Shown here: positions 29,133 through 39,953 of the stretch, one piece after another
How the letters are laid out: each line of letters opens with the position of its first letter
Position numbering within the stretch: position 1 is the first letter of the stretch
Assembly (NCBI GenBank): GCA_963743635.1
Contig: CAVUQO010000002.1
Span: forward strand, 32,001 to 96,000
Reading direction: 5' to 3'
From: Candidatus Babeliales bacterium
Lineage (GTDB): Bacteria > Babelota > Babeliae > Babelales > Vermiphilaceae
Length of the DNA: 64,000 bases
The notes under the pieces: generated by a model
Told to the model about the DNA's origin: nothing
Database searches by the model: none
The model's input: the letters and a program-made list of their open reading frames with translations, nothing else
Position numbers and translations under genes: made by a program

Positions 29133-30251
29133 ATGAAAACCTTATTTAAGGGATTAATATTTTTTACTTTGTGCCTTCAGTATTTTGATGCGGTGAGTGT
29201 CGCGCAACAAGATAGGTTAAAAGAAAAAACAGTATTGCTGACGGGAGCTGCCGGTTTTATCGGTAGTAACTTTTTGAAATATATGTTTGATAAATATCCA
29301 TCATATCAATTCTTGGTCTTGGATTCTCTTACGTATGCGGGAAATTTAGATAATATTCCTGATTATATCCATGCATCTTCTCGTTTTAAATTTTTCTATG
29401 GATCGGTGACTAACACGCGCTTAGTAGATTTTTTGATGAAACAATCCCATTTAGTAGTCCATTTTGCCGCAGAATCACACGTTGCACGCAGTATCTATGA
29501 TTCTGCGGTTTTTTTTGAAACGGACGTAATAGGCACACGAGTATTAATGGATTCTTTGGTCATACATAAAAATGTGGAACGGTTTATTCATATTTCTACC
29601 TCCGAAGTATGTGGAACGGCAGAAATGGTGCCCATGGATGAAGAGCATCCTATCAAGCCTCGCTCTCCCTATGCTGCGGCAAAGGCCGGCGCTGATAGAT
29701 TAGTATATGCCTATCAATGTACCTATGATATTCCTACTATCATTATCCGACCATTCAATAACTATGGTCCGCGCCAACATTTAGAAAAATTAATTCCTCG
29801 GTTTATTACGAGCGCTTTAAAGCAAGAGTCTTTAACTATTCATGGAAACGGTTTACAAACAAGGGACTGGCTGCATGTAGATGATACCTGCCGTGCTTTG
29901 GATATGGTTTTGCATCACAAACATTTTGAGAATATAAAAAATCAAGTTATCAATATCGGGAGCGGCAAGGAAACCTCAGTTCTAGAGATTGCTCAGCAAG
30001 TACGTGATATTTTTGAACTACCTGATACTGCATTGGAATTTGTTGCTGATAGACCAGGGCAAGTTGCATGTCATATTGCATCGATAACAAAGGCAAAAAT
30101 ATTGTTGGGTTGGGAACCAACTATTTCACTTAAAGAAGGATTACTATCAGTTGCAGATTGGTATAGTATTCATAAAAAATGGTGGAAAAAAAGAGAATTT
30201 ATGCAATATGTTCCCATTGTGTTATCAGATCAAACGGTGGCCTTGCAATAA
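29133..30251 (+). CDS. NAD-dependent nucleotide-sugar dehydratase (RmlB/RfbB-like) with signal-like extension
   Basis: TGAAGFIG, LTYAGN, HFAAESHV, YAAAK, NNYGP, RDWLHVDD; STSEV instead of STDEV. Confidence 0.88.
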   Translation: MKTLFKGLIFFTLCLQYFDAVSVAQQDRLKEKTVLLTGAAGFIGSNFLKYMFDKYPSYQFLVLDSLTYAGNLDNIPDYIHASSRFKFFYGSVTNTRLVDFLMKQSHLVVHFAAESHVARSIYDSAVFFETDVIGTRVLMDSLVIHKNVERFIHISTSEVCGTAEMVPMDEEHPIKPRSPYAAAKAGADRLVYAYQCTYDIPTIIIRPFNNYGPRQHLEKLIPRFITSALKQESLTIHGNGLQTRDWLHVDDTCRALDMVLHHKHFENIKNQVINIGSGKETSVLEIAQQVRDIFELPDTALEFVADRPGQVACHIASITKAKILLGWEPTISLKEGLLSVADWYSIHKKWWKKREFMQYVPIVLSDQTVALQ

Positions 30252-30341
30252 ATTTAGCCCTTGTGGATACAATACATTCAACAATTGGGTATGAGGATAG
30301 ATATCATCATTTGAGATGTAAATGTTCAGGATTTTTTATTA

Positions 30342-31172
30342 TTACCACTCAAAGTCTTTTTCATATCCAAGATCTATGAGGAGTTGCCCTGCATGTTCCT
30401 TAAAGAGTGCTATTTGAGCTGGGGTAAAATACTGTTTCCATGATCCAATTTGGCCTTTGTTGAATGAATAGCTTTTGCCGAAAATACTGCTTCCATAAGC
30501 TATCGCTTCTTCATTATTGATTGATTGGCCTATATGCTTGGCAATTGCAGTTATGGTGCGTAGCTGAGCATCGAGATTTCCGCCACCTTTTGGCCCAATC
30601 AAATCTTCAAAGTGAATAGATAAGACATTAGGAAGCTTTTGCCATGGTAAATAGGCATCGAATACTTTTTTAATACCAAGCGTGCTGATGTGATGGGATG
30701 TTACATGCATACTTTCTCCGCCTTCTATCAAGCGAGTTATGGTCTCTTCCAGTGAAAGTGTTTGAGCGCCGGGCCAGAATTTCTTATCTTTATCTCGTAT
30801 GTACAGTGCGAACGAGACAACCACGTCTCTTGGGTCACGATAAATAAAAATGATGCGATATTTAGGATCTGCTAAGACCAGAGCATATTCTTCAACGTAG
30901 GGAGAATGAGTTGCCCAAAAACTTTTATCTGATAAAGAGCTAAACCTTTTAAAATCGTTAGGAGTTAGATTGATGACATCCTGTTCTCCTGCTTTGGTTT
31001 TGGCAGCTGCATCAGACCCTATAAATGAGAGACCTTTTTTAGTCATTGTTTTTAGAAGTGTGATACCTAAGAATGTTCCTGCTTTCATCATCGATATTTG
31101 CACAACGAGACAAGAGGTATATGGTGCTGATAAAGCAATGATTAATGCAGTGATGAGATATGTTTTTTTCAT
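30342..31172 (-). CDS. PAPS-dependent sulfotransferase, paralog of 27115..28068
   Basis: MKAGT, YRDPRDVVVS, FEDLIG.KGGG, FNKGQIGSWK, LLIDLGYE. Confidence 0.85.
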   Translation of the reverse strand: MKKTYLITALIIALSAPYTSCLVVQISMMKAGTFLGITLLKTMTKKGLSFIGSDAAAKTKAGEQDVINLTPNDFKRFSSLSDKSFWATHSPYVEEYALVLADPKYRIIFIYRDPRDVVVSFALYIRDKDKKFWPGAQTLSLEETITRLIEGGESMHVTSHHISTLGIKKVFDAYLPWQKLPNVLSIHFEDLIGPKGGGNLDAQLRTITAIAKHIGQSINNEEAIAYGSSIFGKSYSFNKGQIGSWKQYFTPAQIALFKEHAGQLLIDLGYEKDFEW

Positions 31173-31368
31173 GCCGTTTTTCCTCCTTTTTGATTTTTTG
31201 GTTCTTTTATCTGAAGCAGTATATTTTTTTTTTATATTAATTGAAGAAGCAATTAATTTAAAAGGGTTAATATCTTGGTGACTAAAACTATAGTTTTTTT
31301 TTACTTTATGGTAGGTATATCAGGGTAGGAATGAGGAAAAAGGTAGCCATATAAAAAGGGTTTCGGTA

Positions 31369-32175
31369 ATGAAAAAGTGTCGATTTTTGGAGAAATATGT
31401 ATGGCTTGTTGTTATCGCCATAGCATTCGCAGGTACGCTTTATTCGCAACCTATAGAAAAAAAGAAATATAGCGTTTCCATCATCACCTCTCTTTATAAA
31501 GGCGATAAATTTATCGGTGGATTCATGAAGGATATCGTTCAGCAAACTATTTTTGATCAATGCGAGTTGATTTTAATTAATGCCAATTCTCCCGGCAATG
31601 AAGAGCAAGTAATACTGCCATATCTAACTAAATATCCGAACATTAAGTATATAAAATTATCCTCTGATCCCGGTTTGTATGCCGTATGGAATATGGCTAT
31701 CAAGATGGCGAAAGCGCCATTTATTACGAATGCAAACGTGGATGATAGGCTTGCCTTTGATTGTCATGAGGTCCATAAAAAAGCATTAGAAGCGAATCCG
31801 CATATTGATCTTGTGTATTCCGATATGTATGTAACGCACGTTCCCAACGAAACTTTTTTGACTACGACTTCAAAAAGGGTGTATGGATTACCTCAGTTTT
31901 CTAAAAAAAATATGCGCATGTGTATTATGGGAAATCATCCAATGTGGCGCAAATCAATACATCAAAAATATGGTTATTTTGATGAAACATATAAATCTTC
32001 CGGTGACTATGAAATGTGGTTGAGAGCTATGCAAGGAGGGTCGCAATTCAGGAGAATTGATGGTATATATGGTTTGTATTATTCCAATCCAGAAGGGCTT
32101 TCAACGCGGCCAGGAAGTATTGGGCGCAAAGAACGTACGAGAATAGTGGCGAAATATCAAAGTCTGTTTAAATGA
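31369..32175 (+). CDS. GT2 glycosyltransferase with N-terminal signal/anchor
   Basis: VSIITSLY, GLYAVWN, NANVDD, GDYEMWLR. Confidence 0.85.
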   Translation: MKKCRFLEKYVWLVVIAIAFAGTLYSQPIEKKKYSVSIITSLYKGDKFIGGFMKDIVQQTIFDQCELILINANSPGNEEQVILPYLTKYPNIKYIKLSSDPGLYAVWNMAIKMAKAPFITNANVDDRLAFDCHEVHKKALEANPHIDLVYSDMYVTHVPNETFLTTTSKRVYGLPQFSKKNMRMCIMGNHPMWRKSIHQKYGYFDETYKSSGDYEMWLRAMQGGSQFRRIDGIYGLYYSNPEGLSTRPGSIGRKERTRIVAKYQSLFK

Positions 32176-32206
32176 GTGGACTTAAAAAATTAATTTAGGA
32201 ATTGCG

Positions 32207-33121
32207 ATGAAAAAAACATTATTTATTTTAAAGATAGCAACATTTATCTCTCTTTTTTCTGCCCCACAAACCTTAGCTCTTCAAGACCATTATTATTGTA
32301 CGGGTGTAGATGAAAACTATTTTCCCCGTGTTGTAAACCTCATTGGCAGCATACATGCAATTGATTTTGACAATTTAGTTGAAATCGCAGTATTTGATTT
32401 GGGTATGAATAAAAATCAAGTCAAGCAGCTTAACAGGATTCAAAAAGTTAAAGTTTACGAAGTCGATATGGTACATCCAGATCTTTTGAAGCCCTTTCTA
32501 ACGAATAAAAGTGGACGAAAAGTAAGGGGATGGTTTGCGTGGAAATCTGTAATTATTAAACAGGCATTAGATATGTTTCCTTATATAGTCTATACGGATG
32601 CGGGCACCACAATTCTAGGGCCGACTGACGACTTGTTTAAACATATTCAACAAAATGGCTATTTCCTTATCGATATCGGGCACAATATAGAAGAAAGAAT
32701 TACAAGGCCAGTGATTGAGCAGGTGGTTTCTAGATTGTCTCCTGAAGATCAAAAAATGATTATGGATAAAAACACTATGGAAATAGATGCTGGCTTTCAA
32801 GGGCTTTCTCGCGCAATGTACCAAGATTACGTGTTGCCTATGTATAATTTAGCGTCCCATTTAGATCTTTTTGCAGATGATGGCTCTGCTCGTTTAGGAT
32901 ATGGCACTGGTCGACACGATCAAATCTTATTTAGTATTTTTGCCAATGTACTCAAACTAAAGTTTGAGACTCAAGGTTGGATGAATTTGTCCATAGATGG
33001 GAAAAGTGTTCCAATGCATTTTCATTGGGATTCTAAGGAAATCAATGAAAAGACAACTATATATAGATCGCGCCACAAGATAAAACCTGCGCGTTTTGAA
33101 AAATGCATTCGGTATAGATAG
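32207..33121 (+). CDS. DUF1647-like putative glycosyltransferase with signal peptide
   Basis: VFDLG, FAWK, YTDAG, RHDQ. Confidence 0.6.
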   Translation: MKKTLFILKIATFISLFSAPQTLALQDHYYCTGVDENYFPRVVNLIGSIHAIDFDNLVEIAVFDLGMNKNQVKQLNRIQKVKVYEVDMVHPDLLKPFLTNKSGRKVRGWFAWKSVIIKQALDMFPYIVYTDAGTTILGPTDDLFKHIQQNGYFLIDIGHNIEERITRPVIEQVVSRLSPEDQKMIMDKNTMEIDAGFQGLSRAMYQDYVLPMYNLASHLDLFADDGSARLGYGTGRHDQILFSIFANVLKLKFETQGWMNLSIDGKSVPMHFHWDSKEINEKTTIYRSRHKIKPARFEKCIRYR

Positions 33122-33324
33122 AAACTATTAAAAGAATTGATTTTTGAGCTCATTTTTTGATTAATCAATCCTAGTGAACTTTTCTATTTACGGAAGTGGG
33201 GCTCTTATTAATCATAATGTGTCTATTAATAAAAATTATTGATATTTCAAATTGATCTAATTTAACATCTCAGAATGATGGGCCAGTGGGGAAGGGTCCT
33301 TTAACTTAATTAGAAGGAGGGGTT

Positions 33325-34651
33325 ATGAAAAGAACCTTATTTTTATTGCTGTGTGCAATATCATTACCTATTAATGCGCTTAGGCTTAGTAGAGTTATTT
33401 TAGCTACGGATGCTAATTCAGATTATATAGAATTCTGGCCGATTGTTGCGAAAGCATGGAAAGAGATAGTCGGCGTTAAACCCACTTTGGCGCTTATAGC
33501 GCATAAAGATGTCTATATAGATGAATCTACTTGGCGACGTCATTCGTTTTGAGCCAATAGAAGGGATTCCTACTTCCTTGCAAGCGCAAGTAATAAGATT
33601 GTTATTGCCTGCGTATTTTGAAAATGATGTGTGTATCTTATCAGATATTGATATGATTCCGTTAAGTAAAAGCTATTTTGTTGATTCTATTGCTAGCGCT
33701 CCAGAGGATTCATTTGTTATTTATAGGGATGCTGCATACGGAAAGAATGATTACAGATATCCTATGTGTTATATGGCAGGAAAAGGAAAAACCTACAAAG
33801 AAATATTTAAAATAGATAACGTGAGTGACATTCCAAATATTATTGTAAATTGGCATGCATTAAATCTTGGTTGGGATACGGATGAGCGGCTGTTGTATAC
33901 TTATTTAAAAGATTGGGAGTCTGATAAAAACAAGTGCATTTGTTTGGGGCATGGCGTTTCAAAAAGAATTGATAGAAGTTCTTGGAAGCATGATGCGAAG
34001 CTTCTCGTAAGTGGACATTATATAGATGCGCATTGTCCAAGGCCTTATAGTAAGTATAAAACAGATATAGAGGATATTGTAACAAAATTAAAAGCTGCAA
34101 TTACTGTGAAAAAGCTTACATCTAGATCGGAGCTCGGTGTTGGTAGTCATATGGCATCGCTTGTTACAATGGTAATGAATACCGATGGTCCTGTATTAGA
34201 AATGGGATCTGGTGATTTTAGTACGCCTCTTTTGCATGCAGTATGTTCAAGAAGTAAGAGATTTTTACTTACCACAGATACAGATAAAAAGTGGCTTAAT
34301 TATTTTATTGATTTAGAAACAGAGTGGCATGCATTTCAGTATATTCCTGTTTATGAAGATGATTGGTCAAGAAATCCTAAGCCACAACAATGGGATCAAG
34401 TTGGAACGGATAGACATTGGTCTGTTGTTTTTGTTGATCATAGGCCGGGGGAAAGAAGGGTCGTAGATATCAAGCGCCTTCGAAATAATACGGATATTTT
34501 TGTAGTTCATGATACTGAAGAACGCTCATATGGTTATGCGCCAGTGTTAAATACCTTTAAGTATATATATGTGGATACTCGTTACAGCACGCAAACCACT
34601 GTGGTGAGTGATACGATAGATATTAGGCAATTTTTTGAACCAGCACATTAA
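33325..34651 (+). CDS. Two-domain protein (DxD-containing domain plus methyltransferase-like domain); one-base frameshift near 33528
   Basis: Signal peptide in the 75-aa ORF continues into the 376-aa ORF; SDIDM; VLEMGSG. Confidence 0.65.
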
Positions 34652-34669
34652 GGGATTTTCAAATCGGGA

Positions 34670-35620
34670 TCAGTGAATTTCTGATCCCCAGGTAATGTCC
34701 CAAATATCGAGCTCTTCAAAAAATGTGATTCCATATTGATCAAACCAGGAAAGGACTTGGTGTTCTCTCCATAGTTCAGGTGCCTGATATATAGTTGGAT
34801 CAAAAAAGGTGTAGTTAGCAAACCATTGGTGTGGCGATTGTAGCGTTCTGATGGTTTGCTCTTTTTTGCTTTCTCCATATATAATATTGATTTCTCTGAT
34901 TGATTTTGATGGGTTACGAATATGCTCAAGACAGCGGTACCATGCTTGCTTTATGAGTAAGTTTCTCCAATTCACGAACTGAAAATGTATGATTCCGTGG
35001 GTATAGTCGTTATCATAATTTTTTAACTTAGTTATTTTGCCTGATAAATTATTAGGTATTCGTGACGTATGTATAAAATCCGATGTATAGGAACACCGTT
35101 GGTCGTCGCAGAAAATAAAGCCAGTGTAATTCCACGTAAAAGGTGACTTGTCTACGCGAAATCTATCCACACTTCGCCATAATTGAATCCATAAAAGATT
35201 TAATTTATCGCCAGGGTTAAGCGAAAGAATTATATTGCGTAGAAAATTATCATCGAGACTATTGGAGGTGATCATTTCATCTACATCAAGCACTATAAAG
35301 TGCGTTCCGCCTATTGCGCGTCCTTCATTAAGTAGTCTATTTCGGTCGCCAGGCTCATCTCTATACCATGTTTCCTTTGTTATGATTTTTTCAATTTTAC
35401 ATTCTGCAGCAATTGATTTAACAATTTCTACGCTATTGTCTTCTGAGGCATCATCGAGATAGACGATGGCATCTACAAAAAGGGAAAGAGCCTTGAGATG
35501 CTGGACAAGAAAGTTGGATTCATTTCTTCCAGGAACAAGTCCAACTATTTTTGCACCATAGGAATGGTTTGCAATAGATAGCATAGACAACAAAGTCATA
35601 AATAATCGTATTTTTTTCAT
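34670..35620 (-). CDS. GT2-like glycosyltransferase with signal peptide
   Basis: RNE, LDDASEDNS, VLDVDE. Confidence 0.78.
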   Translation of the reverse strand: MKKIRLFMTLLSMLSIANHSYGAKIVGLVPGRNESNFLVQHLKALSLFVDAIVYLDDASEDNSVEIVKSIAAECKIEKIITKETWYRDEPGDRNRLLNEGRAIGGTHFIVLDVDEMITSNSLDDNFLRNIILSLNPGDKLNLLWIQLWRSVDRFRVDKSPFTWNYTGFIFCDDQRCSYTSDFIHTSRIPNNLSGKITKLKNYDNDYTHGIIHFQFVNWRNLLIKQAWYRCLEHIRNPSKSIREINIIYGESKKEQTIRTLQSPHQWFANYTFFDPTIYQAPELWREHQVLSWFDQYGITFFEELDIWDITWGSEIH

Positions 35621-35814
35621 TCTTGTTGCTCACTATAAAAAAACATTTCATATCACCTATAGCATAAGGGATATTTTTTTATCTATAGATTTCATATGAA
35701 TATAGTTCATATCGTGTCGTTATTTGGTAATGAAAAAAATATATCCTCAGATACCAGGATTTATAGCCACGCGTTTTCCTGGGCACAATTATTGTATAAA
35801 ACGCGACGGTTCAT

Positions 35815-37104
35815 TTATAGGATTTTCCGTCCTACAAAAAGGTAGAAATAATAAGGCTCATCAATGGTTTCTTCTGTATGTAGTAATTTTGATTTTGCTA
35901 TTTGCATCGCCCAATCGGTATCTTCGCTGAAATTTTTCTCAGGAAAGGTAAATTGCGCGGCTATAGCTCTTCTGATGGGATTTAAGTGGTTTGGTGGCCT
36001 GAAATATACATTATTTTCTTCAAAATACTTTGTATACTGGATGGAATGAATGAAAGATTTAGGTTTAGTTCCATCGAATGTGATAATGCCATTCAGGTTC
36101 ACACAGTCAGGATTGTTAACGAGTCTCGTAGCAATTAATTCTATATATTTATCATGAATATCGTCATCGTCATCAATAAAACTTACATATTTGCCCTTGC
36201 TCTGTTCAAGAAGCACATTGCGTTTATGGCCAACAGTATGCTCGCCTCGCTTGTCTTTAAAATAAAGGATTTCAACATAATCTTGCAAGTCTAAATCACA
36301 TATTTGCATGGCAAGTTTTTCATATAATCTAGTAAAGCTCTGTTCTCTTTCATCCATAGTGCAGATCAATATACTCCATAGTTTTGGAGTTGCACGCTCT
36401 ATTTCTGCTTCTGATAAATCAAAAAAGTTTGCCCGGCGCTGCGTAAAAACATTCTTATCTTCATTTGAGGCTTCTTGTATGGGGTGATTATGCTTCATGA
36501 GTTGTTGATCTACCATTTTTTCTTTTTTAAGTATTCTCGAAACGCTCGTTAGTTCATGCTGGCATATCATAGTTTTATATGCTGGATGATATACGTAATT
36601 GAAACGTCTATAATATTTTCCGCCGATGGCGGGAATAGTGTTGTATAGTCTCTCAATAGTGCCATCATTAATATTCAGGACTCCATCAAAATTGGGGAAT
36701 GCTTCTCTCATATTGTTGAAAATAATAGCATCAAAGTTTTTAACCGCTGGTACCATTTCATCAGATGCAATAAGGAGAAGGTCAAATTCAAAATTATTAA
36801 TATTTCTATTACATGCTTCTACTGTTGATTTATTGCTATTAAAGCTGAATGCCAAGTTGGGATATTTTTTGAGTTTTTTCATGACACTTCTACTATGCAT
36901 AGGTTTATTATTTTCATCACAGGTGATTAAAAATGCAAAAGCAATGGTGTGGGATAGATTTTTGTAATAAGTATCGAGTATTTTGAAAAATTCGTTTGGC
37001 TGCGAGTTGGTATGCATTTTAATTAAAAGATTTGTTTTTATAGCACTGAGATTGAATGCGTTCAAGAGGCCTAGATATAAGAAGATTTTTTTTATATGGT
37101 ACAT
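35815..37104 (-). CDS. Two-domain GT2-like glycosyltransferase, paralog of 42908..44251
   Basis: WSILICT, GHKRN, FIDDDD, NHLNPI, EDTDW. Confidence 0.82.
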   Translation of the reverse strand: MYHIKKIFLYLGLLNAFNLSAIKTNLLIKMHTNSQPNEFFKILDTYYKNLSHTIAFAFLITCDENNKPMHSRSVMKKLKKYPNLAFSFNSNKSTVEACNRNINNFEFDLLLIASDEMVPAVKNFDAIIFNNMREAFPNFDGVLNINDGTIERLYNTIPAIGGKYYRRFNYVYHPAYKTMICQHELTSVSRILKKEKMVDQQLMKHNHPIQEASNEDKNVFTQRRANFFDLSEAEIERATPKLWSILICTMDEREQSFTRLYEKLAMQICDLDLQDYVEILYFKDKRGEHTVGHKRNVLLEQSKGKYVSFIDDDDDIHDKYIELIATRLVNNPDCVNLNGIITFDGTKPKSFIHSIQYTKYFEENNVYFRPPNHLNPIRRAIAAQFTFPEKNFSEDTDWAMQIAKSKLLHTEETIDEPYYFYLFVGRKIL

Positions 37105-37307
37105 GTGAAGGCCTCGCTTTTGATTGAACCTAATTTTTTCAATGAAACTATAATGTAATGACAATATTGTCTAGTAAAGAACTGAATCGGATATGACTTA
37201 ATGCGCTATGTTCTTTCGAAAGGTTTGGGTATTGCAAGGGTGGTCTATATATATTATCTTGTGAAGCAAGTAGTAGATTAATGACTATATTTTATTAAGG
37301 ATTGTGT

Positions 37308-38237
37308 ATGAAAAAAGGATTAATTTTTAGAATTGCAGTTTGGGTATGCCTTTCTATAGGCGCAAAAGCATTTGCTCAACAAGATGGTTACCAGGGTAAT
37401 TATTATTGCACATGCGCAGATGAACGATTTTTCTCACGCCTTGTTAATTTAATTGGTAGTATACATGCGGTTGATTTTGATGATTTAGTTGAAATTGCAG
37501 TGTTTGATCTTGGATTGACTCAAGATCAAGTAAAGCGATTGAAAAGTATGCAAAAAGTTAATGTATATGAGATTGAGAAAGTGCATCCGGATATTTTAAA
37601 GCACTTTAAGACCAGTAATCAAGGAAGGAAGGTTCGAGGTTGGTTTGCGTGGAAGCCGGTTGCCATGAAGCAAGCATTGGATATGTTTCCTTACATATTA
37701 TATCTTGATGCGGGGTTAACAGTGCTAAAACCAACGAGGAACTTGTTTAAACATATTCAGCAAAATGGATATTTTCTTGTAAACAATACGTGCAATATAG
37801 AAGAAAGAATTACACAGCCAGTTATGAAAGCTATTATTTCTTCTTTGCCCATTGAACAGCAAGAAATGATATTAGATAAAAACACTCTAGAATTCGATGC
37901 GGGATTCCAGGGACTTTCTAGAGCAATGTATCAAAATTATATACTGCCTATGTATCGTTTAGCCTCTCGGTTGGAGCTTTTTGCAGACGATGGCTCTGCA
38001 AAATTGGGTTTTGGTGCTGGGCGACATGATCAAGTTTTATTTAGCATTCATGCGTATCTATTAAATCCGAAGCCTAAATTTAACTCGTATGGATGGTCCA
38101 ATCTCAACATAGATGGTCAGTCTCACCCGATTAATGTTCAGTGGGAAGTAAGTAAGGTTACTGATGACACAGTTGTGCTTGTGTCTTGCGATCAGAAAAA
38201 AATGAGTTATTTCGAGCAACGTGTTCGGTATCGATAG
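37308..38237 (+). CDS. DUF1647-like putative glycosyltransferase, paralog of 32207..33121
   Basis: NLIGSIHA, VFDLG, FAWKP, YLDAG, RHDQ. Confidence 0.6.
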   Translation: MKKGLIFRIAVWVCLSIGAKAFAQQDGYQGNYYCTCADERFFSRLVNLIGSIHAVDFDDLVEIAVFDLGLTQDQVKRLKSMQKVNVYEIEKVHPDILKHFKTSNQGRKVRGWFAWKPVAMKQALDMFPYILYLDAGLTVLKPTRNLFKHIQQNGYFLVNNTCNIEERITQPVMKAIISSLPIEQQEMILDKNTLEFDAGFQGLSRAMYQNYILPMYRLASRLELFADDGSAKLGFGAGRHDQVLFSIHAYLLNPKPKFNSYGWSNLNIDGQSHPINVQWEVSKVTDDTVVLVSCDQKKMSYFEQRVRYR

Positions 38238-38258
38238 CAAATTTCTCCACAGTTGTGG

Positions 38259-39224
38259 TTATTTTTTTCTTATCTTGTTTTGTACTGCTCTTATCTGATT
38301 AATCCAGTAATCGGCATGCAATTTATTTAAATTATAAGTCTTCTTTTGCAATTTTCGATACTTCTTTTCAAGAAATTCTTGGGTTACTTGATCCCAATTA
38401 TTAATTAGAAGCACTGGTAATCCCTCAAAAAGAGGATCGAGTGCAGAATGTTTTACAATCGGAATGCAACCAAGAAGCATAGCTTCCCAGGTGCGATAAC
38501 AATCAAGGCCATTACCTTCTGGACTTACAACGTACATAAAGCGCGTCAGATCTTGAATGTAGCTTGCATAGGGTAACCGTGGCGCGTACGTACAAAATGG
38601 TGCATTAATGAACGCCTCATATGCCTTTTTGCGCTCGAGGACATTCGTGTTAATCGTGAAATTCATGTAAAGCAGGTGTTCGCATGAACGCGCTTTTGAA
38701 CGCGGACTCTCGTTGATGGCAGCTTCAAGAATAGCAGTATCACCATATTCAAAGCTTTTATTGGCTATGCCAATTGGAATGGGTATGAATTTCGGGTGAT
38801 TGGTGATGCTCGGATTTTGACCGAACCAGGCAATAATACGCGTATCATCGAGATGTTTAAGATATGGGCCTGGCGCTGGATCATCACTATTATGGGTGAT
38901 TAAAATGTAGGGCGTTGTGATGGTAGGATGTATGTCAGTAAAAAAATGTTTGAGGTAATCCGTTTGTACAAAAATAATATCGCCGAGTTGTAAGGCGGTT
39001 GTATCAAAAGAATCATCATCATCTTCAATAATAAACGTGGCGTATGAGCGAAATGTATCGCCTGAAATATAGGGATAGCTGGAGATATGGGGTTTATCTT
39101 TGGGTGCATTGCAGAAGCGATAGTGAGAATCTGAGCTCTGTGCAGCAGCGCGGGTGGATACCGCATCGCTGATGATCACTATGGTAATGCATATGAGGAT
39201 GTATGTATAATATCCGCATTCCAT
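38259..39224 (-). CDS. Exostosin/GT47-like glycosyltransferase
   Basis: THNSD, PIPIG, SPEGNGLDCYRTWEAMLLGCIPIV. Confidence 0.7.
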   Translation of the reverse strand: MECGYYTYILICITIVIISDAVSTRAAAQSSDSHYRFCNAPKDKPHISSYPYISGDTFRSYATFIIEDDDDSFDTTALQLGDIIFVQTDYLKHFFTDIHPTITTPYILITHNSDDPAPGPYLKHLDDTRIIAWFGQNPSITNHPKFIPIPIGIANKSFEYGDTAILEAAINESPRSKARSCEHLLYMNFTINTNVLERKKAYEAFINAPFCTYAPRLPYASYIQDLTRFMYVVSPEGNGLDCYRTWEAMLLGCIPIVKHSALDPLFEGLPVLLINNWDQVTQEFLEKKYRKLQKKTYNLNKLHADYWINQIRAVQNKIRKK

Positions 39225-39246
39225 CTAGTCTCCTCATCTATTATGT

Positions 39247-39906
39247 TTATTTTTTTACAAACAACACATTACCATAAATCCAGGACGTAGTATCAAGAAA
39301 GTCTTGCGCAATGGCTTTAAAGCCTTGCATTTCGAGCCAACTACGAATCTCTTCGTATTGCGCTTGGCCTTCATAGGCTTCAATAAATTCAACTTCTACA
39401 AATAATGCGCGAACTGTTTTAAGGATGTTTATGCCACCTTTTAATACCGGTAGTGCGAGGCCTTGCAGATCAAGCCACATGAAATCGATATGATCGATGT
39501 TCTGTTGCGTGGCCCAACTATCAAGCGTGATGGTTGGCACCGTGATGGTGCGAGGATAGGTGATAGGGGAATGTTTGAGCCGTTCTTTTGGCTTTAGCAG
39601 TGTGCCCGCTTGAAATGGTTCGCCAGGTCTGCTGGGCTTTTCTGAAATGTAGAGTATTGCCGATCCATTTTGATCGCTGAGCGCGATCTGATGACGCATG
39701 ATGTTCGAGCAGTGCTTGGTTTTTGCTTCGAGGATCGCGAAAATGTCCGCCACTGGCTCAAATGCGTGAATGGTGCCTTGTGGCCACTGAGCGCTCATTT
39801 TCTGCGTGTCAGTACCATCGAAAGCACCGGCTTCCACGATAATTGGATTATCGGGAAGATAGTTGGCAACGTACGAAAGAATCTGATTTTTTTTAATGAT
39901 ATCCAT
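39247..39906 (-). CDS. FkbM-family methyltransferase
   Basis: VEAGAFDG, HAFEP, TLDSW, IDFMWLDLQG, YEGQ. Confidence 0.9.
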   Translation of the reverse strand: MDIIKKNQILSYVANYLPDNPIIVEAGAFDGTDTQKMSAQWPQGTIHAFEPVADIFAILEAKTKHCSNIMRHQIALSDQNGSAILYISEKPSRPGEPFQAGTLLKPKERLKHSPITYPRTITVPTITLDSWATQQNIDHIDFMWLDLQGLALPVLKGGINILKTVRALFVEVEFIEAYEGQAQYEEIRSWLEMQGFKAIAQDFLDTTSWIYGNVLFVKK

Positions 39907-39953
39907 ACAACGAGTATAGCAGATTTATCAAAAGATGCAGAAATGTGTGGGTC

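Noticed and set aside
33325..33552. Phase-variable frameshift in the 33325-34651 gene
   Set aside because: A single extra base with no homopolymer or short-repeat tract at the site; most likely an error or a recent point lesion.
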